Shown here: piece by piece, positions 35,730 through 48,722 of the stretch
Layout of the letters: every line of letters begins with the position of its first letter
Numbering within the stretch: the stretch's first letter is position 1
NCBI GenBank assembly: GCA_040285825.1
Contig: JAUPSS010000007.1
Coordinates: 644,501 to 708,500 of the forward strand
Length of the DNA stretch: 64,000 bases
Source: Eukaryota sp. TZLM1-RC
Taxonomy: Eukaryota > Protista > Metamonada: BaSk clade
Reading direction: 5' to 3'
Notes under the pieces: generated by a model
Seen by the model: the letters and a program-made list of their open reading frames with translations, nothing else
Database searches by the model: none
Told to the model about the DNA's origin: nothing
Translations under genes and position numbers: made by a program

Positions 35730-37896
35730 GGCATGAGCCACTGTTGACATTGGAAGAGTGAATACTCCACTCGAGTGATCCACATCTTCGATCCTAGCTG
35801 ATACATCAGTGATGTATGTCGACATTCTCAGGATGTCTCCAAAATTTTCCATGTATATTGCAAACTCCCTTTCCGCGTCTTCGATTGCATTGACTTTACG
35901 CCAATTGAATTGGGGTTTGTGGAGAGCTAGTTTGGCGTCATGGAGCGAGTTGAATTGGCTCCTCCTACAAAGAAGCAGTAGAATCTCTGCGTCTGTGGGT
36001 TCTATGCTAAGAATCTGTTGTTGTTTCCAGAAGGAAATTATTCTTGCGCTAATGCAACCCGAAATTCCCAGGGGGTTGGTCGTCGCCAAAATGGACCTGA
36101 AAAGGTCGTATACGTGACTAGGTGGCCCTATTTTGTTAATGAAATTGGGGTCTATTCTGTAAATTTTGGGCGTCCGAAGCGAGTCGAGCTGAGACTTTAA
36201 CGAATCTATTTGTTGTTGTATCTCAGTTGTAGCACCTCCTTGTATTGCCAATAATTGAGATAGACGGTTGACCATGTCAGCTATTTGTTTCTGTTGCTGA
36301 GCTGAACTTGTTTGAGGCATTTCTATTTTATCGACGTTTGTCATTCCACCTCTGCCTGTACTGTCCCAGAACGCGAATTCCAGTAGAAAATGTACTATTT
36401 TCATTTGATTTTCTGGAAGCTCGAGTCTGGTTGGCTCATGGAGCGTATCGTGTTCTACAGCCTTTGTTCTATAATGGTATCCAACGTGAGATTGTAGGTT
36501 TAAGTTAAGGACTTGACGTGGGTCATAAATTCCAGATAATGTTCCTGACCGAGATGAGGAGAGATTTTGTCTGCTCAATCCTGGACCTGTTTGACGTGAG
36601 GTTGACTCTTCCATTGGAACAGATGTGTCTGATGGTTGGATAGTGAGGACCTCCATAGAAATGTCCTCATCAAAAAAATGTCTGGTCAATTTGTAGTTTT
36701 TGAAGAGGTTTCAGTTCCTCTTGGATGTTGAGCTGGATAGAAGGCCTGAAAGGTCTAATGCTTTGAAAAGGTGTGTCCTCTATACCTATTTTTGGGGTGA
36801 AGGCGAAAGCCTTGTGATTAACCCAAGTGTCCCCAATTTGTACATTTTGATGATTGGGAGGAGCCCTATAGGTGGAGATGACTGCCGTTCTCATGTTGGC
36901 ATGATCTCGTTTGTAGGTAACTCCTTGCTCGACAAAGATTAGCCTGAACGGCTGAGATGCGGGTCTCATCTCAACGAGATCAGGGTTTGATGATGATGGG
37001 TAGTATTCATAAACCTCTCTAACTACCGTATAATCCACTCCAGATGTGCTGTTGACTTCATAGATTTTGTCCAGACCTGGCCTAAACCAGTCTTGGAGGA
37101 GGTGTATGTTCTCAGGTTTCTCTAAATTACCGGAGAAGTCTCGACCATACTCCATGACCTCCAGCCACCGAATTCTAAAGTCAAATATGTCGAGGGTGGC
37201 CTTTTTTCCAATAAAATCGAATCTGTCAGCACGAGGCTTGAACATGATGGATTTATGGGGGAGTCTAAAGGGGATAGACCTATTCTGCGTTCAGTAGGTC
37301 TACCCGACAACTCCTTGCTCTCTTGGTCGAGAAGCTCTGTAGAGTTTTCAAACACTTGTAAGGTGAGGGAAACTTCCCTGAATCCTTGTAGAGGCTCGTT
37401 TAGGGTTTGTACCGAAACACAATTCTCTTAGTCTGAGTACAGGGACGTCTCTGGTGGGAGAGACTTCACAAAGTCTTTGGCTCCTGTTTCTCACTCTCTT
37501 GTTTTGCTAGAGCGGCGAGGAGCGCCTCTAACTCTGGGCTAGTGACAGGAGGTTTATCCTGCGAGACTGTCAGGACTGTGGTAGCCGTTGAGTGGACGTT
37601 TTGGTTGGGTGGGGTTACCTCCGAAAGAGTTAGGTTAGGAGTGGGGTTTTGACCCGAACTCGGATTTGGAGGTGGGAGACGAGGATCTCCGCTCGTATGA
37701 ATGGTAGTGGGGTGCTGACCCGAACTAAATGAATTTGGAGTGAGGTGGGTTGCACCCGAACTCGTCGTTCCATGAGTGGAGTGTGAAACACTCGAACTCT
37801 CTCGTCTTCGTTTGGAGTATTCATTGCACTCGAAATTATGTAGAGAGGAGGGTTAGAATGGTCTCCTCTGAAAGATGTCTGACATGCCCCAGACAT
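35730..37896 (-). mobile_element. Frameshifted ~700-aa ORF of a GC-richer element with gag-like C-terminal part
   Basis: S/P/T-rich repetitive N-terminus (SSG..PTPN). ORFs 36670-37245 and 35664-36689 join by removing one base of A7 at 36672-36678. A coiled coil precedes ISGCIS...PTDAEILLLLCRR...FNWRK...AEREFAIYMENFGDIL, which resembles recalled Ty3/gypsy-type capsid helices. Confidence 0.45.
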
Positions 37897-39014
37897 CTTG
37901 TTGTTGTTTACAGCGCTGTTGCTGTTTGCTGTTTGGTGTGCCTGTGACGCACAATAATAATTATTGTTGCCGTTATGCATTATCTAGCTGTATGTTAGAT
38001 GTATGTGTAAGGCGGGTTAAGATAAAGATAATTATCAGATAATTATGAGCTGGAATCACTCCCTATCGAAGGTCTGTCGGTTGTGTGACACCAAGAACAT
38101 CACAAAGTGACAAAACAGTTTGTTTGACTAATTCTTCACATGGCCTTGTTGTTCATGTAACTGAATTTTTTCAAGCGTTTCGGTTTCACTTCGGTATTAC
38201 CTGTATGTACCTTTCTCACCAATATCATATATTAATGCACTTGTTCTGCTGAAACTGGACATCTGAATATTCATTGTAACCTTGTCTTTCTACTTCATCC
38301 TCCTCACACTCTTTCTGCTCATCTCTGTTTTATGGAAGATGCTCTCACTTCCAATTATTACCCCATTACATTTTCTCGTCCGTTGTTGATGGTGCACAAA
38401 TTTTTACCAAATTTTAGATTATAGAAATTTTAGTTCATCAGTTGTCAATATACACCCTTATACCTCTGGTATCGCTTGTTCACTCTCTACGAATCAACTC
38501 ATTCCGATCTCAATGGACTATGTTGATAATCTATTATGGATTCTCACGTGATTACCGTCAACCTGCTGGGTCGACGTTACAACATTGATCTTGATTATAA
38601 ATACAGAATACAATGTCATTTCTTCCCCATTACTGACAACATCTCAGAAAATGTAATTTTTTGGAATTTTTTGTTCAAATTTTGAAGAGGGAATAGGGTG
38701 TGTATGAAGATGAGATGCTTAAAATGAAATAGGAAGAAGTGGACAAGCAGTATTAGATTCACAGATGTCATTTGTTATCCATCTTTCAACAAATTTAGCT
38801 TCATATTTAGTATCTTTTTCACTATCAGAACTCATCAAGTTGCTTGTCACAGAAACTGATATAAAGTTGAATGTTGAGGTATGAGGGAGAAAAAAATAGT
38901 TTCTGTTTAAAAAAAATTTGTTTAGTTTCTCAGTGGATTAAATAAAAGCATCAAATAAACAAAATGATTTTGTTTTTTGGGATCAGTTTCAAAAACTAAG
39001 TTCAACACAACTTT

Positions 39015-40620
39015 TACCAGCAGCCTTTTTTGCCAGTTTATCCATCTCACTGTTCAATTGAATAGACGTGTGTGACTTTGTAAAAACAACTGTACGTTGG
39101 TAACAAAATAGAATCAACAATTAACTGTGGATCTCACTTTGGTTGCATATTGGTGAAATTTTTTCTTTCACCACGTGTTTCTTTCACCAACTCAATAAAA
39201 TACCTTGTGTCCTATATGGGTCTTACATTTGAACACAAATAATAAAAACCATGAAGTATTGAATAACGATGTGGGTGGACCCTCTTACAAGAGGTCCATG
39301 GTATAAAGTATTTGTTATATTGGATTTTAAAATGAATCCCAAACCAGTTCCTTTATCTGTTTTAGGTCCATCAGTGTAAGGTAAATTTTCTGTAGGGGTT
39401 AGTGGAGGAGAAATGGGATCAGTGACCAATCAACTGACTCAGATTGGATACTTTTGTGATTTGAATCAGATTGAGATGTTTTCTTCTTCAATTTTGAACC
39501 TTCAAAAAGTAAATTCACATGTGTGTGAATATGTTCTTTTCCACTTTTCGTTTTAGCAATGTGGTCTGCAGTAGAAAGAACAACAGAATCACAATGTGGA
39601 GATAGGACAAGTGCAGTGAATTACCAGACAGAATAGGATGAACATTCTGCAAAATGCTTAAGTAAATTTTGAATTGTTTTGCAAAATGTATTACCAGTTT
39701 CAAAAGGACAAAAGAAAAGGCAGAACCATCATCTCTTTTGTTTGACTCAGAAACAAAAATTGAACATGAGAGAGGATCTTCAGGAGAAAGATTAGGTGAG
39801 GTAGTTGCTTCAACATCATCAGGAGTGTTGTGCTGTTGAAACGAAGTGGAAGAAGTAACCTTTGATAAGGAAGGGAGGTTGGAAGCATTATGTTACTGTT
39901 CTTTGTCATTATTTTTGACTTTAGAACTCTCACTATATTGTTCAATATCGTGATGTAGAGTCGAATAGCAAAGAGTCAAAAGATTCAGACATAGATATAA
40001 TGTTTTGATAAACTAATATTTTGATGAATTGAAACCAACACCGCCAAGTTGAACATCAGAAGAAAGACATTTTTTTCAAAATTGATGGATGAACAAACAT
40101 TAAAAATGCCAAAAATATCTGTACCTATTTTGTTAAATTGTCTATAAAAATTGTAAGTCAATGATATAGGTAACGATCAAAGTAAATGGAAAATTCCTGC
40201 AGAATATCAAATCTTCAAAAGAAACAATTTAATATGTTTTTTCCAATTCAAGGGTCTTAATGACTTCGAGCACTTTCTTAATTGAATCCAATAGTTATTA
40301 AAACTAGGAAGGGTTTTTTCAACAAAACTTAGGTTACAATCAAGAAAGCTGAAAGTTGAAGTATATTCAATTAATGGTACTTCTAGGGATTTGATTCTTA
40401 ACCTAACATTATTTCGAGAAATACAAAATCATTTTTGAACATTCGATTCAAGATTTATAGATTGATATGATGTAGCAGCTTCATTAGCAACTCTTTAAAG
40501 TGTACTTTCTGGACCAATACAGGCAATGTCATCCATATAAGCTACCACTTAATGGTCAGAATTTTCTTTCTTTAGTTTTTTCCAAATTGGACCAATTGCA
40601 AGACAAAAAAGTCCCGTACT
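39015..40620 (-). mobile_element. Decayed non-LTR retrotransposon: CRE-like RT plus downstream RNase H
   Basis: GLFCLAIGP...VVAYMDDIACIGP (RT catalytic motif, ~40520-40615), LGGVGF (~40040), YTDGPKTDKGTGLGF (~39340-39380) and KSHTSIQLNSEMDKLAKKAA (RNase H C-terminus, ~39020-39080). Confidence 0.75.
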
Positions 40621-43236
40621 TCAAAAGGTTCAATGTGGAGAGAAAATAACTTGCAAGATATTTGCAGATTCAATAAATTTATAGTAGATTATAGTTACAG
40701 CACAATAAACAATTTTAAATAATAAATAAATAATAAAATAAACAAAGCTGCCGAGTTTTACAGCATTTTTTGATGTAGGAAGGTATCATCTGTATTGTAT
40801 GTCTAAGTCACACAGTTGAATTTACATGGTCGAATTAGAAATGATTTAATGCTTGAAAATCTTAAAAGGGGGACCATCATTACGGATATGAGATCCACTG
40901 ATGTGTGTAATAAATCTTTATACCGTAAGCTAGTCAATATATAAGGTCTGCTAATATTTTATCAAAAAAACCCAAATTGATAAATATAAATCAAAGTTGC
41001 TATTCTTGGATACGGAATTGCATACTCATTATAATTATACTAAGGAAAAAGATGAATTAAACAAAAATAGTGGATGAAAATGAACTTGTAGAATTGTTGA
41101 TGACGGAAAATGTTGGAGGCCGAGTTTTCAAACTCCTAAACTCAAATAAACTCAAATAAACTCAATTCTCGTGTGGTTGATTAGGACATACAGATTCAGT
41201 TGAAGTGTACTTGTTCTCAGAGAATGTTGATATCTATAATTTCAATGATAAATTATAAATAATTTATGCTTCGACGAAAATTTTATGCTGCATTTTAATG
41301 AGGAACGTGCATATTGGAAAAATTGTGCAGAATGTGTGATGGGGTGCAATAAAAGACAAATCAGACGAGTACATTGTTTGCACTGAATTTTTCACATCTT
41401 CCCGTGTATTTTCTTTCCTATTTTGATAGAAAAAATTCATTCAGGGTATTCATACACATACCCAAACAGTCTATGTTTTGAATTGTGACTTCGACGGAAA
41501 CAATACAACTACTTCAGCTTGTTCGTTGAATAATTATTATCACCGTGTGGATAATGCTCCTGCAACACCCGCTTCTTCAACACCTCACCAAGGAGTTGGA
41601 TACGCGAAATCCCCTCACATTTTAGTCTCTTCACATATTAACAGCTTGTCCTTTTGAGAACCGTTGTCCGTTCATAAAATTCCAAATTTTTGTATATTAA
41701 TCGACCTTTTTCTATTGAGAAACTGGTGGTTAGTCAAGGGTTTTTTGGTGCAGCTTTTTGAAAAAAATGACTGAAAACGGGGTTTTTCAATGTTGTGCTA
41801 GTGCAAACATTGTATCAAATAATGGCAGTGTTTATGATGATCACTTGTATTCAAAGTTGTTTCTGAAGTGCAATCCAAATGTACTAGATTTTAGAACAAT
41901 TTGCAAAAAGCACCAGACTTGAAAAGAAAAAGCACAACAAAATTTTCGATGTTCTGTAGGAAATTCTTAAATTTTTAACTTTTTATACCGTATTTTTATT
42001 GAGCTAAAATGCTTCCTTTGAACTTGGATCATTTCTACATGTAGATGTCGATGCTTTTTTTTCTTTTTTTTGTTTCTGGCTGCTGGGCTGGATAAAGTAA
42101 CAAATATCAATAAATAAACATTAGCCTTATAACTGTTGTGACGTGGAGAAATAATATTATTCATTCTTAAGCCTAACCATTAAACAATACAGAACCATTA
42201 AAATTAGAGTACTAAGCAATGCAAGTCTCACAATTTGGTGACATAAATGGATTCTCCATAAACTATTTTGTTACTGACCATTTTGTATACAACAAGCTTG
42301 ATAACTTTTAAGAGAATGTGAACTTATTATTCGACATATTAAGCGTACAACGATGCTGAGACGACATAAGGTACAAACCATCTCCGAGATGAATTGAATT
42401 CCTAGACTAATCGCATTGTCTTCAGCTTGTATAAAGGTCTTTGCAAAATGGTTGAGACTGTGGAACTTGCTCCCCCTCAAAGAGTGTTTCACAATGTAGG
42501 TGGAGATGTTTCTATCCCCAATAAATTATTATTAATTTTTAATTTGTATCCCTAAACAATAATTGTTTTTTACTTTATTAAAGGACAAGCTGAAGCTGGG
42601 TTTGCAAAGCATGAGATCGAGTATCCAATGCACCAGAAACTCTTTCACAGAGTCTTGATTAACTTGTGTACGAACAAAAGAGAGGCTCAACCTTCAATTA
42701 TTGCTTCCATATAACATTGTGGAAATTCGAAAAATTCCTTTCACATTATTGTTAATGTTTTACTAATTTTTCAAATTCTATATAACGAAAAGATTTTGAA
42801 CGACGAAATTCACTGGGTTAGCTAGGCTAAGGCTATTGTAATTCCAGTTTACCTTGTCATTTTTTGTTCAATTCATTAGACGCGGTTGCTTTGGCATTCG
42901 TTGATATTTTAAGGGTTGTGGTGGATGAAATAACTCTTTGCGCTTTTAACAGAGTTTATTTTTAATATAAAATCGTATTTGTTTCTAGTTCGCAACCAAC
43001 AATTGGTCGATTTTTAGAAGCTCCAGAGAAGAAATGTTTCGTGCTTGAAGTTATTGCGTTGAAAATGTTGGACTTTAGTTTTAATAATGCTTTGAATTAA
43101 TAAAACATTACTAAAAATACCAAGACCTATAAATAATGCACATGAAATTGATGAATAAAACAGAGTCAAAATTCATTAAACAAAAAATATATAATAAAGT
43201 AGAAAAAATACCAAAGCTTTTATTAACACTGATCAA

Positions 43237-44407
43237 TCAATCATTCCTCACATCATCAAAAAAAGGATGACTCAAAGCCTCCCCTGCAGTTAAACGTTCC
43301 CAGTGGTCGTAAACCAAAATCTTATCCAACAGATCCAACCCTTGAGTCGTTACTAAGTGTTCATTTTCGTCAAACAGAAAGGTAATCCACGAAACACGAT
43401 CATGACCCCATACATCATAAAGACTATCACACTTTAAGTTATACTTTTCACAAAACTCAAATAGACCATCTGAACCCAAGACCTCAACAATCTTCAACAA
43501 TTGATCTTCATTGTCAACACCTTCAAAGAATGGCTGCTTTCCAAATTGCAATCCAGCCAGAATACACCCAACACTCCACATGTCAATGGAGTAATCATAG
43601 GTTGATAAGCCCACCAACAATTCTGGAGCCTTATAGTATCTAGTCGCTACTCTAACCCCATACTCGTATCCTGAATGATAAAATTCTGCTAACCCAAAAT
43701 CAATGAGACGAAGCTGATGGCGACGATAGTCAAACACTACATTTCCAGGTTTAACGTCTAGTGTGAGAAGAGAAGAGAAACGAACCTCGATGCATGATAC
43801 CATGAGAATGACAGTGTTCCAATGCTAGTAATAGCTGGTATATATAGCATTTGATATCAAGTAAGGATAAGGACGAGGTCCACTTTTTGAGCTCTGTGTT
43901 CTTGACATACTCCATAACTAACGATGGGGCGTCTGTTTCTGCATCTCGTACAGTGTCCAAGAGCTTAACAATGTTTGGACCATGGGTCAGGGTTTGAAGA
44001 ATTTTAACTTCGCGTTTAATCTTGTTCGTTTTTACAGGTTTGAGTACCTTCATGGCCACTTTCTTCTCAGTTCTGCTATCAATGGCCTTGTACACGTCAC
44101 TATATCTTCCACCGCCTATTCTATAGACTACATCATAATTACTGGGAGATGACCACTTTAGTTTGATATTTTCATAGTCCCAATAACTTTGGGGTTTACT
44201 ATCACAAACATAGGGATATGCTCTCGAAATAGAGTGTTCAGACATGTTTTGAGAGTGGATTGGAGTGGGAATGGTCATTTGAGACAGTTCTACAACATCA
44301 GTAACATCTGATTTGTACAGTAAGGGAGAAGGATTGGTTGTACAATAGCAAGTTTGAAACAATAGGTACACATTCACAAGCAGAAGAGCTTGGGGGACGG
44401 TATTCAT
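43237..44407 (-). CDS. Divergent casein kinase II alpha subunit; 2 exons (intron 43758-43785)
   Basis: YWDYE, KVLKPVKTNKIKREVKILQTL, IDFGLAEFY, DYSIDMWSVGC, LLDKILVYDHWERLTAGEA; the 28-nt intron restores HRDVKP. The conserved core starts at ATG 44245. Confidence 0.9.
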
Positions 44408-45824
44408 TGTATGGGGTTTGTGTTAGTCATGACACAACTCAACAGTGGGTTTCAACCATGGAAAAGGGTTTCAGTGAAGAGTATCAGTAGATAATTGCAT
44501 TGATACACAACACTGCAACGGACCGGTTATGACTACTGGAGCCGTGGACGTTTTCTCCAGTTGTAGGAGAGAATCTTCGAGGAGTGTCTATTGAAATCCA
44601 AAATTTTGTGAAATGTTTAAATATTTTTAGTCTGTGCGTCTCCCTCCAAATGCATATTCTCAACAATTTTCCACTTTCACGTGTGATGTTTTCAACCTCA
44701 TTGTTCACAGTCATTCTGATAACCTGCATGTTTTGTTGATAGACTATTGGGCATATTCACCAAAAAACTCTGTGTTATCATTTTAAACTTGAATTTTGCA
44801 TTTATTAGTGTTGTTGCAGGAACTTTGTTTCATTGTTGTTTAAAATGTGTTCATTATTGTACTCAGGTTTACAAAGGGATAAAATTACCTATTTGATAGC
44901 GTCGTAATGGAAAAATGCCATTTCCAGCTACTGATCTCTGAGTCGCACAGCCAATGTGATCCGAGGCCTTGTCCACTCCAAACTCACAGTTCTGAAACCT
45001 GGTTAAGTCTCCCTCTTTCATTCAGTATAATACATGTTCATTAACAACTTCGTAAGAGCATCCAAAAGATGAGAAAAAGTGAGTTGGGATTTAGGCGGGA
45101 AATATCCAAAATATGGAAAATTAGTTTCGGGGATATTTATCAGGACTGCAACACACAGGTGCTCAATTAACAACTTATTTCAATTTGTTTTAATACAATT
45201 TGTTTGAAACTTCGATTCCATTTGAACCAATTAAGCAAAATTAACTCCATCACAGGGGATCATGTATGTGTGTTTATGGTCAATGATTTCATGCTTGTGG
45301 TTTTAAACAATCTAGCACCATACCGAAATTGCGTTATGAGCATTAATTGTAACAGGTTTCATTGACTTGTTACCTTACCAACAAATATTTTCTAGTATGT
45401 ATTCAATACTAAATTTGTTCCAATCACTGTGAACGTTTGACGTCAGTACAAGTCTAACTACCATTCAGCAAACCTTCATCTGAATGCAAGAATTTTTGAT
45501 TCAACTTAACAAAAAAAGGAATTATAAATGTTGAGTACAAACCTAACAACGAAAATTTTTCAAATTATGTGAATTTTCCAATACACTATAAACAATAAAA
45601 TTATTCAAAATAGGTTTTGTTTAAAATAACACACCAATTTGATACCAGAGCTTGGAATTAGAAAAGACAGTATACTGAACTTTTGAAAGTGGTTTCAGCT
45701 GATGAAGTGCATCTTCAACGTGACTTAACAGTACTGTAGTTACAGTCTGTAAATCAAATAGATATTCTCTCCTTGCTCAAGACCTAGTCGATGATGTATC
45801 AACGTCATTTCTTTAAATACACGC

Positions 45825-47210
45825 ATGAAAAGCCTTCTGCTTGTTTTAATAACTCTTTCAATTGCATATGTTTCAGCAACAAACCTAGATTGTCATTGCG
45901 GAATTGATTTAGTTGGCTCAACCACCGTCAAGCCAGGAGTACCATCCACACTTTCGATTCGTCTCGGGTGTATTACAAGGCATGTAGGTGAGTTCTCTGC
46001 AGTTCTGGTCTTCCCTGACTGTATTAAGATACATCACGTCTCTTTTGATTATCATATCAGCGAACGTTCAGATGGCAGCACAGAGGTCATCATTGAGGGA
46101 ACCAAGGTCTCCAAAACTATGGTTGACATCCAGATTACTTACTCTGTAGAATGTTTCATCAAACACTCTACGGTTCTAGATCCTCGTTCTAAGGTTTGTA
46201 TTCCATGCAAAGAATTTAGCCTTGATCGCTTCAATGTTGATGTTCAATTTACCAAGGAGCCCGTGGCTGAGTGTCCTCCTCCATCTACTCCCCCATCAGA
46301 TTGTCCTTCTTGTAGACCTTGTCCGTGGAAACCTCGCCCTCCTCACTGTCCTCCTCCTCACTGGGACTGGCCTAAGTGTCCCGGATGCGAACCTACACCT
46401 CCTCCTGAATGTCCTGATTGTAGACCGTGTCCATGGAAACCTCGCCCTCCACATTGTCCTCCTCCTCACTGGAAATGGCCTAAGTGTCCAGGTTGTCCAA
46501 AGGAATCAGAAACTCCTGAACCGACCGATCCGAAATACGAAGTTGTAAGCTTTGATATCAAACCAGGTAAGTTCTTCTATTCATGATTCTCACTCCCAGG
46601 TTCATGCCCCAATCCCTTCAACTGCAAGTCTCGTGGTGTTATTCCCACTGCTATTCTTGACATTGGAGACTTGACGATTCACAAGCTTGAACTCTTTGTC
46701 CTAGATCCCTCAATGGCCGGTCACAAAACCAAGGATCTTCTTGATGCGGAACCAGAAAGAAAAGAAGAAGATAAGGTAGTACTTACACCTCAACGCTCCA
46801 GCACAGAATTTACTGGCGTTGAGATTTTTGACTTGGATAAACATGACTACTTTGGGGTCGACGAAAAGCAATGTACTTCTCGCAGAGTTAAAAAGGACCA
46901 TGGAAGAAAGGACTTGGTCATGCATTTTGACACCCAAGCCGTATGCAAAGCAATTTGCCATTATGTTGAGAAAATCGAGAGAGATGATACTATTGTTTTC
47001 CAGATTCGTGTCAATGATGGTGAGTTCCGTGGTCTTGATCAAATGGTAGCTAGGCAGCCTTATGTTTGCCCAATTGATCCTTCAAAGCCTGGTAAACCAC
47101 CAAAACCACCAAAACCAGAAAAACCAGAAAAACCAGGGAAAGGTAGAGGGAAGGGACCTGGTGGAAATCCTGGAAAAGGACATGGAAGAGGTGCTGCTAG
47201 TAGTCGTTGA
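45825..47210 (+). CDS. Secreted Cys/Pro-rich protein with 'DIKPGS' domain and K/P/G tail; 2 exons (intron 46567-46599)
   Basis: Signal peptide, two 36-aa repeats CPxCRPCPWKPRPPHCPPPHWxWPKCPGC, and a 33-nt intron joining FDIKP|GSCPNP. Confidence 0.85.
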
Positions 47211-47639
47211 TCAGTATATGTGTTGAGTTATTTTGATTAATAAAGGAACATCACTAATGCAGAGAGTGGTCAATCATTATCCAATCAAGCATGAAAAGTT
47301 GATACAGTGGAATAAAACTTGTGACTAACGGATTTATTAAAGAAAATATAATTTAGAAAGATCAAATTTCAAAAACAAACAGTTTTTCTGTCATCATTCA
47401 ACATAAAATACTGAAGATGCATTAAATTTAAAGTCCCTCAACTATATTGCCTTTATATTGTCTAGGAAAACCTTATGTAAGATCTAAGACTAAAAGGGGG
47501 CACAATTGTTTTAGGATTTTATTGTTCTCATTTGGTGTAGTTGGTTTCCTTGTATTTTTCGATTTGAATAAGCTGTTTGATGCATGTGATGATGGCTATT
47601 CAAAATTCAATCAAAACCACAAAATTGGACAATAATAAT

Positions 47640-48060
47640 GGTAAATTCTGATGTCAATTATTCTTTTCTTGCTGGGGAAAAATACAAAATTGCTAAATAC
47701 GCAGAACCTATTTCCTCTGTCAATAAATAATCCCATGCCCAATATAATTTATATCCCTTTGTTGTGGTTTTGCTCAGTGCTTTCAGTAAGGCTGCTTTGG
47801 CATTTCTTGAGGATTTCAGTAGAGTTGTAAAGGAAAGGACTGCAAAAGTTTGCAATCTTGTTTACTGGCAAAACAGGATTCTGTTTTCAATTTATAAGAG
47901 AATGGTGAAATTAGTTTCTGATTCACTTTCTTCATTTGGTAAATTTTCTGAATCCTCAGCAATTAACTGTTTCGATGTAGGAGATGCAGGTAATGAGGAT
48001 GTGGAGCTTTAGTTTTGGACTTGATGATTTTTATTTGTATTCGTTGTGCAATAAATAAAA
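47640..48060 (+). mobile_element. 3' fragment of RLE retrotransposon (family A)
   Basis: LAGEKYKIAKYAEP...YWQNRILFSI...FDVGDAGNEDVEL matches 12150-12517; A-rich end. Confidence 0.8.
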
Positions 48061-48722
48061 CTTCTTTAAAAACAATTGAGTGGAATAATAGAAAACAGAA
48101 AAAAAGGCAATTGGGAATAATACTTGGCGTTTATAGTTACTTGTTAATTTGTAATTATAAACATTCTTTGCACGACAATTAACATGCAACAGTACAACAT
48201 CAACATAAAATTGTAGAATGAATCAGGAATTGACAAATACGTTCTTTAAAATATTCGAGTTCAGAGATAGTGGGAAAGGATACATTTTGGAAATTCTCGT
48301 GTAATGGTTCTACAATTCCATTGTTATCTATTTCATGTTTGATCAACATTTTACAGCCTTCATTGTAAGTATACTAGACATAAAAACATATTACCCCCAA
48401 CATGCCTAATGCTAATTTTTCTTCAGTAGATTCGAGCAAATGATTATGAAAATTGTTTCCGTTGTCCAGCAACACTGTCGACAAATTCCATGTTCTTTAA
48501 GCAAGAATATTGAAATGTGTATCAAATACGGTAGGAGGCCAAAACCGATTCAATTGAACGAATATTCACAAAAAAATAAATAAAATCGAAAGCTAGAATT
48601 TATCAAGTGAACCAAACATTGACAAAATACAGTGACAATTGCTCGAGATACAAACTAAACTACAAAACATATACAAAAATTATCAAACGCAGAAAAACGT
48701 CCTAATTATAATTAATTAATTA

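Larger units (their letters stand above)
42372..47210. repeat. Left arm of ~4.8-kb inverted segmental duplication
   Basis: Reverse complement of 58195-62988, near-identical over coding and intergenic DNA. Confidence 0.95.

Noticed and set aside
37650-37835. Spaced ACCCGAACT/ACTCGAACT repeats resembling a CRISPR array or B-boxes
   Set aside because: Only ~9-bp cores with irregular spacing; explained by SSG peptide repeats in the minus-strand ORF.
38070-38095. TGGTGTCA primer-binding-site-like motif upstream of the gag-like ORF
   Set aside because: No convincing tRNA 3'-end complement and no LTR pair is visible.
38250-38600. Possible BTB pseudogene
   Set aside because: Similarity is too weak to support by eye.
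44484-44729. 81-aa ORF present in both duplication arms
   Set aside because: Conservation is explained by the recent duplication; no motif.
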